Part shown: positions 16,205 to 24,214 of the stretch, piece after piece
Numbering within the stretch: position 1 is the stretch's first letter
Layout: each line of letters starts with the position of its first letter
Virus record (IMG/VR): IMGVR_UViG_3300009160_000004
Coordinates: 1-60,251 of that record
Source of the DNA: a virus
Lineage: Duplodnaviria; Caudoviricetes
DNA length: 60,251 nt
Strand: one strand, 5' to 3'
The notes under the pieces: generated by a model
Database searches by the model: none
What the model saw: the letters and a program-made list of their open reading frames with translations, nothing else
Told to the model about the DNA's origin: nothing
Position numbers and translations under genes: made by a program

Positions 16205-16421
16205 CCCAAAGACCTGGGAGTACCGTGGCCGGGTGATTGAGGAGTGGTTTGAAAGCTGGGCTGACCGGGCTCCGGAGATATTCCTGAAGCACCGGACGGG
16301 CTACGTCATACGTGCCCACAACTATACGGATGCCAACGAACTGATGGCACCAGGGAGGTGGCGCACGCTGCGTGAGGCGAAGCGCGGGGTCGATGAACTC
16401 TTAGAGGAGGGGGTGTGGTAG
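16191..16421 (+). CDS. Hypothetical protein
   Basis: GGAGG SD; WRTLREAKRGVD. Confidence 0.7.
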   Translation: MSRDNPKTWEYRGRVIEEWFESWADRAPEIFLKHRTGYVIRAHNYTDANELMAPGRWRTLREAKRGVDELLEEGVW

Positions 16422-16783
16422 TGACAGATATCGAAGTGATCCAGTGGTTCTTTGACTTGGAGAAGGTGTCGCAGGGTTTCAACTGGCCGGTCAATGCTGC
16501 CGGTCTTGCTCATACCAAGCGATGCCTGGATTCCTTGGTTGCTGGCAAGGCTCACGCTGCCGATGTGCTTGCGGCATACAGGGAGTTCGCCGGCACCATC
16601 GGGCCGTCAGGCATGAACCTTCTCCTGCAATCCGATGATGCGTTTCCAGAGGTCAATCATTCCGGCAAGCCCACGCCACCCGCTCCCGGTGCGGTGGTGT
16701 TGTACGTTGCGCCGGACGGCAAGTGTGTGGTGGCCACGCCGACCAACGTGTGGGGGGCGGCACCTGAGTTGTCTGTTCGATAA
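16415..16783 (+). CDS. Hypothetical protein
   Basis: SD and tiling. Confidence 0.65.
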   Translation: MVVTDIEVIQWFFDLEKVSQGFNWPVNAAGLAHTKRCLDSLVAGKAHAADVLAAYREFAGTIGPSGMNLLLQSDDAFPEVNHSGKPTPPAPGAVVLYVAPDGKCVVATPTNVWGAAPELSVR

Positions 16784-16792
16784 GGAGTCTAC

Positions 16793-16903
16793 ATGTACAA
16801 GGATGTACTGATTCTCATGCATGTCATGGCGACCTGCATCCTCTTGCTGCTTGCGGTGCAGCTAAAGGAGATCCTGATCCGTATACTATTGGAGGTCCGA
16901 TGA
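16793..16903 (+). CDS. Small membrane peptide, 36 aa
   Basis: TAAGGAG SD; MYKDVLILMHVMATCILLLLAVQL. Confidence 0.6.
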   Translation: MYKDVLILMHVMATCILLLLAVQLKEILIRILLEVR

Positions 16904-16974
16904 GCGAGATGGCTGACTTCTGTGTTGGTTCCCTGGTTGTCCTTGCCTTCCTCTGGTGGAGTTCCCTTGCATGA
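16900..16974 (+). CDS. Small membrane peptide, 24 aa
   Basis: GGAGG SD; ATGA overlaps at both ends; hydrophobic. Confidence 0.55.
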   Translation: MSEMADFCVGSLVVLAFLWWSSLA

Positions 16975-17729
16975 AACTGTATCTCTATGGCCGTGTCTCA
17001 ACGGATGATCAGCAGACATCGGCCGATGCTCAGTCGGTCAGGCTGCGTGAGTTCGCTGAGAAGTCTGGCCTGGAGATGGGCGGGGTGTTCGTGGATGAGG
17101 ATGTCTCCGGCAAGATCCCCCTCCAAGAGCGACCCAAGGGGAAGGAACTGTGGAATCTCATCCAGCCTGGGGATGCCATCGCATTCACCAAGGTAGATCG
17201 TTGCTTCAGATCCTTGGTAGATGCTGCCTCAACCTTGGAGAAGTGGAAGCTCATGGGCATCCGGGTCCATATCCTGGACTTAGGGATCGATGTGAACACG
17301 CCGGCCGGAGAGTTGTTCTTCTCCCAACTGGCAGCGTTCGCACAGTTTGAGCGGGCCATGATCGGACTGCGTGTGCGTGAGGCCCAGGCCCACAAACGCC
17401 GCACCGGCAAGCCATACAACAAGACCCGCCCTATCGGATGGCGCAGGCAGGGCGACTGCTATGTGCCCCTGCATTCCGAGCGGAAGCTGGCAGAGAGAGT
17501 CATCGCTTACCGCGACCGTGGCGAGTCGCTGCCCCGGATTGCTTTGCGTCTGTGCAAGGAGAACATCCGGAGCGCTGACGGCTCTTGGCTTCGCCCCTCC
17601 GAAGTACGGCGGCTGGAGATCGCGGGGCGAGCCGGATATCCAAGGATTGCGAGACGGTCCTTGCAAGCCTCTGTGCGGACATGCTCGCCACCCGGATCGG
17701 GATCTGATGCTCTTCCGACAGAGACCTGA
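16971..17729 (+). CDS. Serine recombinase (resolvase catalytic domain plus short DNA-binding extension)
   Basis: YGRVST..Q, SG...ERP, KVDRCFRS and FAQFER motifs. Confidence 0.92.
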   Translation: MKLYLYGRVSTDDQQTSADAQSVRLREFAEKSGLEMGGVFVDEDVSGKIPLQERPKGKELWNLIQPGDAIAFTKVDRCFRSLVDAASTLEKWKLMGIRVHILDLGIDVNTPAGELFFSQLAAFAQFERAMIGLRVREAQAHKRRTGKPYNKTRPIGWRRQGDCYVPLHSERKLAERVIAYRDRGESLPRIALRLCKENIRSADGSWLRPSEVRRLEIAGRAGYPRIARRSLQASVRTCSPPGSGSDALPTET

Positions 17730-18144
17730 GTGTCATGCCGTGCATAAAGCGGTTGAACGCCATCTCCTGATCGTCCTCTGGCAACTCTTCAATCGCCAGC
17801 CGCAGATGATCTAGCTCGTCGTATTCCGGCATGCGATCAGCAGCGTCAGCCAAGGAGATGCGGTTCTCTCTTGGCGTGCGGGTCGCCTTCTTAATGAACT
17901 TCAGCATCCCATTGAGGATGGCCCGAGCGAAGTAGGCTTTCGGATACGGGAGTCTCTTGGGATCGTACGTCCGTGCGGCCTTCGACAAGGCGAGGAACCC
18001 CTCCCCCTCCAGGTCGTCAACGTACAGAGAACGCTGCCATTGCGGGCGGTTCTGGACGAAGTACCTCGCCAACATGTGGACGAGGTCCAGGTAATCAGTG
18101 ACTAGGCGCTGCTTTGTCTTTGAGAGTTTTGATCTCTTGCTCAT
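17500..18144 (-). CDS. Sigma-70 family sigma factor (FliA/WhiG-like)
   Basis: Region 2 DDLEGEGFLALSKAARTYDP; region 4 LPEDDQ...GMTLRSLS. Confidence 0.85.
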   Translation of the reverse strand: MSKRSKLSKTKQRLVTDYLDLVHMLARYFVQNRPQWQRSLYVDDLEGEGFLALSKAARTYDPKRLPYPKAYFARAILNGMLKFIKKATRTPRENRISLADAADRMPEYDELDHLRLAIEELPEDDQEMAFNRFMHGMTLRSLSEEHQIPIRVASMSAQRLARTVSQSLDIRLAPRSPAAVLRRGEAKSRQRSGCSPCTDAKQSGAATRHGRGKR

Positions 18145-18322
18145 GTACTTCCAGCCGAGCCTCATGGTCGGCTAGTGTTTCTTTCAGTTCTTCAAACATC
18201 TCAGGCATGCGTTGCACCGTGTCGGCAATCACCGCAACTTTTGCGTGGATTGAAAACGCCCACGGAATCACGGCCGCACAAGCCGAGATCACAAGCATCC
18301 AGAATTCTGCGTCAACGCTCAT
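18095..18322 (-). CDS. Membrane protein with coiled coil (holin-like)
   Basis: N-terminal TM segment, then HEARLEVHEQEIKTL. Confidence 0.6.
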   Translation of the reverse strand: MSVDAEFWMLVISACAAVIPWAFSIHAKVAVIADTVQRMPEMFEELKETLADHEARLEVHEQEIKTLKDKAAPSH

Positions 18323-18528
18323 GTCATCCCCATTAAAACCATGCCCGCGTACGGATGAAGCTGGCCTTCCAGCACATGCAGTCTGATGATCTCCATCGCA
18401 TCGGGGAATTCGTCATCGGGGAACTGATAAATGTGTGTCTCGCCGTTGTATTTCACGATGAGCCGAGTGAACTGGACGCCTCGCTCTTCAGCCTGCGAAT
18501 CTCGCCAGCGTTTCTTTTGGATATCCAT
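18319..18528 (-). CDS. Hypothetical protein
   Basis: MDIQKKRW...; ATGA overlap. Confidence 0.65.
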   Translation of the reverse strand: MDIQKKRWRDSQAEERGVQFTRLIVKYNGETHIYQFPDDEFPDAMEIIRLHVLEGQLHPYAGMVLMGMT

Positions 18529-18767
18529 TTGATAATCCAGTGAGAGATCAGGTTCGCGAGCAGGGGGAGAACGAGGAGCAGGAACACCGACCCGCACTCT
18601 GGGTTGCGCTTGCGGTATTCTGTGCGGATGCGAGAGCGATACTCCGTAAGCGATGCCGTCTCATCCCAGACGACGATAGCCACCAGAGCCACATCCGTGG
18701 CGCGGCTACTGAGTCTTCCCGTCTTGGTGTATCGGACTGCTTCATCTGCTACTTCTTGGGCGCGCAC
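18453..18767 (-). CDS. Membrane protein
   Basis: TM FLLLVLPLLANLISHWII. Confidence 0.65.
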   Translation of the reverse strand: MRAQEVADEAVRYTKTGRLSSRATDVALVAIVVWDETASLTEYRSRIRTEYRKRNPECGSVFLLLVLPLLANLISHWIIKWISKRNAGEIRRLKSEASSSLGSS

Positions 18768-18997
18768 TTGCCGTCCTCACATCCTGCCTGCTTGCACTTG
18801 CATGTGTCTGGACATGGACACTTCGTCTTGTGTCCATCGCCATGCGTGATGACGCCGTTCTTGCACTGGCCGCAACATTCCTTCACCACCACCGGCGCCT
18901 TCTGTGTGGCGATCACGTACGCTGCCTCCGCCGCGACCGGCCCGGTGTAGTCGGGTGTGCCCCAGAACGACGCGAGGATAAGGAATAACTTACTCAT
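18749..18997 (-). CDS. Exported or membrane-anchored Cys-rich protein
   Basis: Hydrophobic N-terminus; CCGQC...CPCPDTCKC. Confidence 0.7.
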   Translation of the reverse strand: MSKLFLILASFWGTPDYTGPVAAEAAYVIATQKAPVVVKECCGQCKNGVITHGDGHKTKCPCPDTCKCKQAGCEDGKCAPKK

Positions 18998-19940
18998 TGC
19001 GGAGGAGTCCTATGGCACCGAAGTCGGGCAGCTTCTGGGGTGGGTAGCCCTGCACATCCGAATACAGCCAGCAATCCTCTGAGTCGATGCACACCTGGAA
19101 GTCTTCGTCCTTCACCACGATCATGCCTGGAACCCAAGGCGGATAGTCTGCCGGCCATTCCTTGGGGCGCTGGTTCCACTGCCCCCACTCCTGCATGAGG
19201 AACCAGACGCGGAAGGGCCAGAACGATTTCGTATCGTCATAGCCACCGATTGCCATGTCGTGGTTCCAGCCTGGGGAGATGCGGTTGTAGTAGTGCTGGC
19301 TGTTCGGTTCGGCTGCCCACGCTGCGTACTGACCCGAGTGTGCGGCGTACCCGTTGATCATCGCGTCCATGAGGTCTGCCTGCGACCGGACTACGGTGAT
19401 GGTGCCGACGTTGTGTTTTTTGCATTCCTCTTTGATCTCACTTGGAATTTGGGACGAGCCCCAGCGAATTCCGAGTTCGCAATACTTCGACAGGTCGTAG
19501 GCTCCTACCTTCTCCCTTGGCAGGAACCCGTAATCGCGTTCGTACCTGGACGCCACGGCCGGGCTCATGCCCTGACCACCATGGCCACGCGCCCCGTACG
19601 TTGGCTCCAATGCGCCCTTCTTGTAGAAGTCCAGCGGATGTCCGTTCGCAAGAATCGCTGCTGCCCTCGTCATGTCCCTCGCATTGCGAGAACCATGGGC
19701 TACGCAATCTCCCGTGATTTGCCGCTCGCTGAATGCAGTCGGGTCTAGGGTTGTGAGGTAACCGAAGAGCAACGCACGCTTCCCCTCACCCATGCCACGG
19801 ATGTTGGGCTCATTGAAGTACTGGTACTTCTGCGTCTCCAGGAACTCAATGCGGCCACGCGGGTCAGCGAAGTACCCGGGCAGCCCGCCATTCTGGTAGG
19901 CGTTGAGGATTTCGTACGGCGTCTCAAAGTCTTCAGCCAC
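18990..19940 (-). CDS. Papain-like (C1) cysteine peptidase
   Basis: Q-ITGD-C-VAHG, H-DMAIGGYDD and MQEWG (NSWG equivalent). Confidence 0.8.
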   Translation of the reverse strand: MAEDFETPYEILNAYQNGGLPGYFADPRGRIEFLETQKYQYFNEPNIRGMGEGKRALLFGYLTTLDPTAFSERQITGDCVAHGSRNARDMTRAAAILANGHPLDFYKKGALEPTYGARGHGGQGMSPAVASRYERDYGFLPREKVGAYDLSKYCELGIRWGSSQIPSEIKEECKKHNVGTITVVRSQADLMDAMINGYAAHSGQYAAWAAEPNSQHYYNRISPGWNHDMAIGGYDDTKSFWPFRVWFLMQEWGQWNQRPKEWPADYPPWVPGMIVVKDEDFQVCIDSEDCWLYSDVQGYPPQKLPDFGAIGLLRNE

Positions 19941-20352
19941 CAGCTTGCCTCGCGATCTCTAGGCAAGCCTTCTCTAAGTTCTTCCACACTGGCTGGCCCT
20001 GCGACTCTGCCGTGAGGGAGAGGTTGTCCAGCGAGTTCGACTCGGCAAGGACTTCCTCCACTGCCTTGTCCAATCCCTGGTACTTACCAACGAGAGAGGA
20101 TCCGCCCACGGCCAGTCGGAGGGTGTTGCTGTGGACAACACGCCAGATCGAAGTGGACGCGATCTGTTTGCCCTGGTCCCTAGCGGTCACATCGGCAAGC
20201 GCGCGGTAGATGCCGGCGACCTTGGCCCGGTCTGAGGAGGAGGCAGACGCAAGGGCCGTTGTGACGGGACCAGTCTCTACGACCGGCCGTGGGGGTAAGA
20301 ACGTATACGCGACGAACAACGCAGCAAAAACAAGCGGGAGGTGTTTCATCAT
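19933..20352 (-). CDS. Membrane-anchored helical protein
   Basis: N-terminal TM/signal LPLVFAALFVAYTFL. Confidence 0.7.
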   Translation of the reverse strand: MMKHLPLVFAALFVAYTFLPPRPVVETGPVTTALASASSSDRAKVAGIYRALADVTARDQGKQIASTSIWRVVHSNTLRLAVGGSSLVGKYQGLDKAVEEVLAESNSLDNLSLTAESQGQPVWKNLEKACLEIARQAGG

Positions 20353-20555
20353 TCCACCCCCAGCAGAACACGCAGGAGAGCATTGCACGCCTGCGTAACC
20401 TTCGGATCGGCGTACGACTCCCGGATCCGGACTACCTGTTCAATGGGGTCCAGGAGTTGCGGCTTTGCGGGGATGATTGCTTTGAATGATGGGAGGTAAT
20501 ACCACGCCGTCACCCCAAGGAATGCGACGATGGCAAGGATCTGATAGGTGGTCAC
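20349..20555 (-). CDS. Small membrane protein (holin candidate)
   Basis: TM ILAIVAFLGVTAWYYL; coupled. Confidence 0.65.
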   Translation of the reverse strand: MTTYQILAIVAFLGVTAWYYLPSFKAIIPAKPQLLDPIEQVVRIRESYADPKVTQACNALLRVLLGVE

Positions 20556-21481
20556 AGGATTTTGGCTCCGGGGATCCAGATGGTCACGCCATCCTTCGAT
20601 GAACGGACTTCGTAGTTCAGTAGTTTGTGGGGATCCAAGAGACCCCAGCCGTAGATGTCGTCGCGCCCCTGCTCACCAACATCGCGGCAGGAGTAGGACA
20701 AGGCGGAGGTGGCAGAGTGGCAGTCCACCTTCATGCCTTCTCTCTTACAGGAAGAGACATACAAGGCGAGGACGCCAGCGACGAACGGCGCGGCCATGCT
20801 CGTCCCCGAGATCGTGGCGTATCCGTCAGCCAGCCAAGTGGATGTGATGTCCTGGCCCGGCGCAGCGACTGCGACTTCCTTCCCACGGGAGGAGAACTCA
20901 CAGGCGTTGCCATTCCTGTCCACCGCACCCACCGCAATGGTCTCTTGGAAAGCGGCAGGGTAATCCACTGCGCCACCGTCGTTGCCAGCAGCGCAGACGA
21001 CCACGATCCCATTGGAGTGCGCCGCTTTGATCGCGGCGTGCAACTGGGCATCCGGCCGGGACGAGCCAAGGGACATGCAGATTATGTCCACCTTGGCTTC
21101 CGTGGCGTACGTCACCGCCTGGGCCACGGACTCATTCGATCCCATGCCAGAGTGGCCAAGGACTTTCAGTGAGAGAAGCGCACAGCCTGGAGCGATCCCC
21201 TTTGCTGGGCCTTTCCTTGCACCAATGATCCCGGCGACATGCGTTCCATGTCCCACGGTATCGTGCTGGTCCGAATCACTGGAGAAGTTGCGGTGGTCCT
21301 TCACCTCCAGCGCGTAGTGCGGGGCTATTCCAGTGTCTACGACTGCGACCGTGACGCCGTCTCCTTGGGTGCCCTTCCATAGGGAAGGAATGCCGTAGGC
21401 GTGAAGGCCCCAGTCTACCCCTTCGGAGAGCGGCGTCGGATTGAATGTAACTCTGTACGGAGGGAGGTGGACGTAGCTCAC
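20552..21481 (-). CDS. Subtilisin (S8) serine protease, intracellular type
   Basis: VDTG, HGTHVAG, AAGN, GTSMAAP; N-terminal LPPY; no signal peptide. Confidence 0.95.
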   Translation of the reverse strand: MSYVHLPPYRVTFNPTPLSEGVDWGLHAYGIPSLWKGTQGDGVTVAVVDTGIAPHYALEVKDHRNFSSDSDQHDTVGHGTHVAGIIGARKGPAKGIAPGCALLSLKVLGHSGMGSNESVAQAVTYATEAKVDIICMSLGSSRPDAQLHAAIKAAHSNGIVVVCAAGNDGGAVDYPAAFQETIAVGAVDRNGNACEFSSRGKEVAVAAPGQDITSTWLADGYATISGTSMAAPFVAGVLALYVSSCKREGMKVDCHSATSALSYSCRDVGEQGRDDIYGWGLLDPHKLLNYEVRSSKDGVTIWIPGAKIL

Positions 21482-21816
21482 TTCCGCACAAGGGCTTCCA
21501 AGATGGCGATGATGATCGGCAGGATCGTGTCGATCAACAACTTGTAGTCAATGCCCATGGCCTGGACTTCCGCACCACAAGCAAGAACTGAAACGTCATG
21601 GTTTTCGTAGGTGTCCAGGGCGTCAACGTCCCAGGTCAGGAGCTTGGGCACCACGGCCTCCGCTTCCAGGATGGGGATCAACAGCCGTGCGATCTTGTCC
21701 ACGATCTCCCACTGGTCGGAGTACTTGGCGTCCTTACGGAAACCCTTGGAGACATCCACAATCTGGAGCAACACGTTCTTATGCTTCAGCAACCACTGCA
21801 ACACTTTGAGATTCAT
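21478..21816 (-). CDS. Tail-anchored membrane protein
   Basis: C-terminal ILPIIIAILEALV. Confidence 0.7.
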   Translation of the reverse strand: MNLKVLQWLLKHKNVLLQIVDVSKGFRKDAKYSDQWEIVDKIARLLIPILEAEAVVPKLLTWDVDALDTYENHDVSVLACGAEVQAMGIDYKLLIDTILPIIIAILEALVRK

Positions 21817-22172
21817 TTCCGCTCCTGGTGGTTAAGGCACGCCAATGCCACCACGGCATGGCCGGCGATATCAATCAACGTCTCTTTAAGTAAGTGTCCG
21901 TCGTGCTGGGCTTCTCCCCGCAGACGCCGGCACTTTTCCCCGATCCTGGCAAGCTGATAACGCCAGGGTTCGATGCCGTCCCGAGCCACCCCAAGGGCGT
22001 TGGAAAGTGGGCCATCGTCGGGGTTTCCGTAGTACCCGCTCTTCCGGAGCATGAGCCGGTGGATCGTGTCGGTGACTTCCTTGTAGGGATCGTCACCACT
22101 CCATTCCCCGGCTGGCTTTGACAATCCTCCCGTACTCTGCCCAGAAGGTTTGGTGGTGGTCCGTGTCTTCAT
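21813..22172 (-). CDS. DUF1599 / nucleotide-modification-associated domain protein
   Basis: K..YYG...RIGEK..RL...ETLIDIA pattern. Confidence 0.65.
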   Translation of the reverse strand: MKTRTTTKPSGQSTGGLSKPAGEWSGDDPYKEVTDTIHRLMLRKSGYYGNPDDGPLSNALGVARDGIEPWRYQLARIGEKCRRLRGEAQHDGHLLKETLIDIAGHAVVALACLNHQERK

Positions 22173-22449
22173 CGTTGTCCTCCGTGTCTAGGAGATGGGC
22201 ACACCGCGCGTGGGCCCACTCCTCACAAAACGTATCGATCATTTCTCCGTGGTTCAGGGTGTCCACAACCCCGATGCAACCACGTTCGCAGTCATCATCC
22301 ATGGTGAAATACCCGAGCATTCCGCCATCATCCGTCACCATCTGGTCCCGTTTCCGCATGTACACCCTCACCGGAAACAGGACTGGAAAGCGATCCTCCG
22401 CCCAGCGTTTGAGCTTTCGCAGCAATTTCCTTCGCCAATCCTGGGACAT
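22093..22449 (-). CDS. SprT-like zinc metallopeptidase variant
   Basis: EEWAH in place of HExxH, plus downstream HHQTFW. Confidence 0.5.
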   Translation of the reverse strand: MSQDWRRKLLRKLKRWAEDRFPVLFPVRVYMRKRDQMVTDDGGMLGYFTMDDDCERGCIGVVDTLNHGEMIDTFCEEWAHARCAHLLDTEDNDEDTDHHQTFWAEYGRIVKASRGMEW

Positions 22450-22735
22450 CGTCCAACCTCACTATGGCCAGCCATGGCTTGCCGTTGCGGCGGGTCAGGA
22501 CGAGTGGGATTTTCCCACCACAGTCCCGCACCGCCTGATCCATCCACACGTAGGGGTTGCCGCGTTCCACACGCTTCACCTCTAAATGGATGTCCCCGCA
22601 ATCGTGAACGATGTCCGGAGAATCCGTTCCGCCCGCAAATTGCTGGCCCCTGCGAGCCTGACAGCCGGTGACCCGAGCCCATTCCTGGGCCCCTTCCCTC
22701 TCACCGCGACAGCCCTTGGCCCGTCCGTTGGTCAT
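22328..22735 (-). CDS. Holliday junction resolvase (Hjc-like PD-(D/E)xK)
   Basis: KG.RGERE, PDI and EVKR motifs. Confidence 0.85.
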   Translation of the reverse strand: MTNGRAKGCRGEREGAQEWARVTGCQARRGQQFAGGTDSPDIVHDCGDIHLEVKRVERGNPYVWMDQAVRDCGGKIPLVLTRRNGKPWLAIVRLDDVPGLAKEIAAKAQTLGGGSLSSPVSGEGVHAETGPDGDG

Positions 22736-22977
22736 GCTTGGATCCTCGCGAGCCGGCCATGGTCATCCCGGGAGGTGACCAGCCTTAGGGCGGGGAACTG
22801 TTCATGGATTAGCTGGACAACCTCAGTCTCGCGGCGCTTGTCCAGAACCTTCTCGTTCTTAGCGACCCACAGGCCGACCTCGCCCGAGAACTTAAAGTCC
22901 CGGGCGTCACCCAAGGTGTCCCAGTAACAGTCGATGCGGTGGACCATGGTCCGGACGTTGCAGCCAGCTTCCATCAC
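22732..22977 (-). CDS. Hypothetical protein
   Basis: ATGA-type overlaps on both sides. Confidence 0.6.
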   Translation of the reverse strand: MMEAGCNVRTMVHRIDCYWDTLGDARDFKFSGEVGLWVAKNEKVLDKRRETEVVQLIHEQFPALRLVTSRDDHGRLARIQA

Positions 22978-23339
22978 TCAGGCTCCACGGAACGAAGGAG
23001 ACTCTCTAGCAATTCGGCGTAGTGGTTCGGGCGTTCGGAGGCGAAGCCGTTCTCCAGGAGGAACCCGGTCAATGTTTCCCCGGAGGAAATATCTTGGAGA
23101 TCGCCAAGCAGCCGGCCGTACGGATCCCGGAACCAGTCGGAGGTGAGGAGCCGGAACCGACCGCCCTCTTGGTGGACCTCGCACCAGTCAACGATTGCCT
23201 GCTTGGCCTCGTCATTGCAGTACACACCCTCCAGCACCATGTACTGGGTGATCATGGACTGCACCTGTGGTACTGCGGAGCGAATCATCACTGTGTCTGG
23301 CCTAGTAACTCTGACCACTATGGCTTCCGTGCCGACCAT
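22974..23339 (-). CDS. Thermonuclease (SNase)-like protein, degenerate
   Basis: VVRVTRPDT, DPYGRLLG, LLENGFA. Confidence 0.7.
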   Translation of the reverse strand: MVGTEAIVVRVTRPDTVMIRSAVPQVQSMITQYMVLEGVYCNDEAKQAIVDWCEVHQEGGRFRLLTSDWFRDPYGRLLGDLQDISSGETLTGFLLENGFASERPNHYAELLESLLRSVEPE

Positions 23340-23716
23340 CCCTGGACGTTCCTTAGTCTTTCTTCTTTGTAAGCATCTGGCAGTTCTTTCGGTTCGTACC
23401 CGAGATGCTGCTTGTGTTTAAGTGACGCGAGGAATGCCGGATCGTAATTGTCGGGATCGCATTCCTGCTTCACGCCCAGCAGTATACCTTTGTCTAGGTC
23501 GTGAAGTCCAGTCAAAAAAGATCCCGAATGTAAAACCGTGTGGCAGTTCTGACAGAGTCTGACATATTGCCGGATGTCGTGCTTGCGTCCTGCTCCGCCG
23601 ACTAGGTGGTGAACCTCCAGTCGCCTGCGGCCGTCACTTTCTGGCCACCAGCAGACTCCGCAGCACCTGTGTTCCTGAACCCACTCTATGAGTTCAGCTT
23701 GCTCTTGCTTGTTCAC
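23318..23716 (-). CDS. HNH endonuclease-like protein
   Basis: CGVC...EVHHL...LCQNCH..LH. Confidence 0.75.
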   Translation of the reverse strand: MNKQEQAELIEWVQEHRCCGVCWWPESDGRRRLEVHHLVGGAGRKHDIRQYVRLCQNCHTVLHSGSFLTGLHDLDKGILLGVKQECDPDNYDPAFLASLKHKQHLGYEPKELPDAYKEERLRNVQGWSARKP

Positions 23717-24149
23717 GTTCTATGTCCCGGCGCAGGTATTCGACGCAAAGCTGGAGGCGTGCCAGCGCAGCCTCAGAGTTGCCAGCGCAGGCCAAGTTGC
23801 ACGCATGGCAAATCACGCCACGGACATGGCCGAGTTCGTGGCAATGGTCAAATTTTTGGGAGTGGGCAGATTCAAACGGCGCACCACATGATTGACACAC
23901 GGGCACTGCTGCAAACAAACCGACTTCTTCTGTTGTCAATCCGTACCTGCGCCGTCGCGTTGAAATCGACTTGTGCAAACTGTAGTGTGGGTTACGCGCA
24001 CGGTACTCGCGATCTTTCCGAAGTTTGCATTCCTTGCAATAGTGTTCTAAACCATCTTTTTTACTGGCGTTCTTGTGAAACGCACTGAGCGGCAATTCCC
24101 GGCCGCACCCAATCTTTCCGCCGCAGACCTTTGTAGCTTCAGCGTACAT
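23694..24149 (-). CDS. Endonuclease VII-type nuclease with N-terminal zinc finger
   Basis: YGLT, CQSC, DHCH..GHVRGVICHACN. Confidence 0.85.
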   Translation of the reverse strand: MYAEATKVCGGKIGCGRELPLSAFHKNASKKDGLEHYCKECKLRKDREYRARNPHYSLHKSISTRRRRYGLTTEEVGLFAAVPVCQSCGAPFESAHSQKFDHCHELGHVRGVICHACNLACAGNSEAALARLQLCVEYLRRDIEREQARAS

Positions 24150-24180
24150 CCTCCATGCCTTACTACCCGTCGTGCGGCAC

Positions 24181-24209
24181 AGTGTACGGCGGTACACACC
24201 GCAAGTAAA
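24181..24209 (-). promoter_or_regulatory. Sigma70-type promoter
   Basis: TTTACT-N17-TACACT upstream of the EndoVII gene. Confidence 0.55.
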
Positions 24210-24214
24210 TCACA

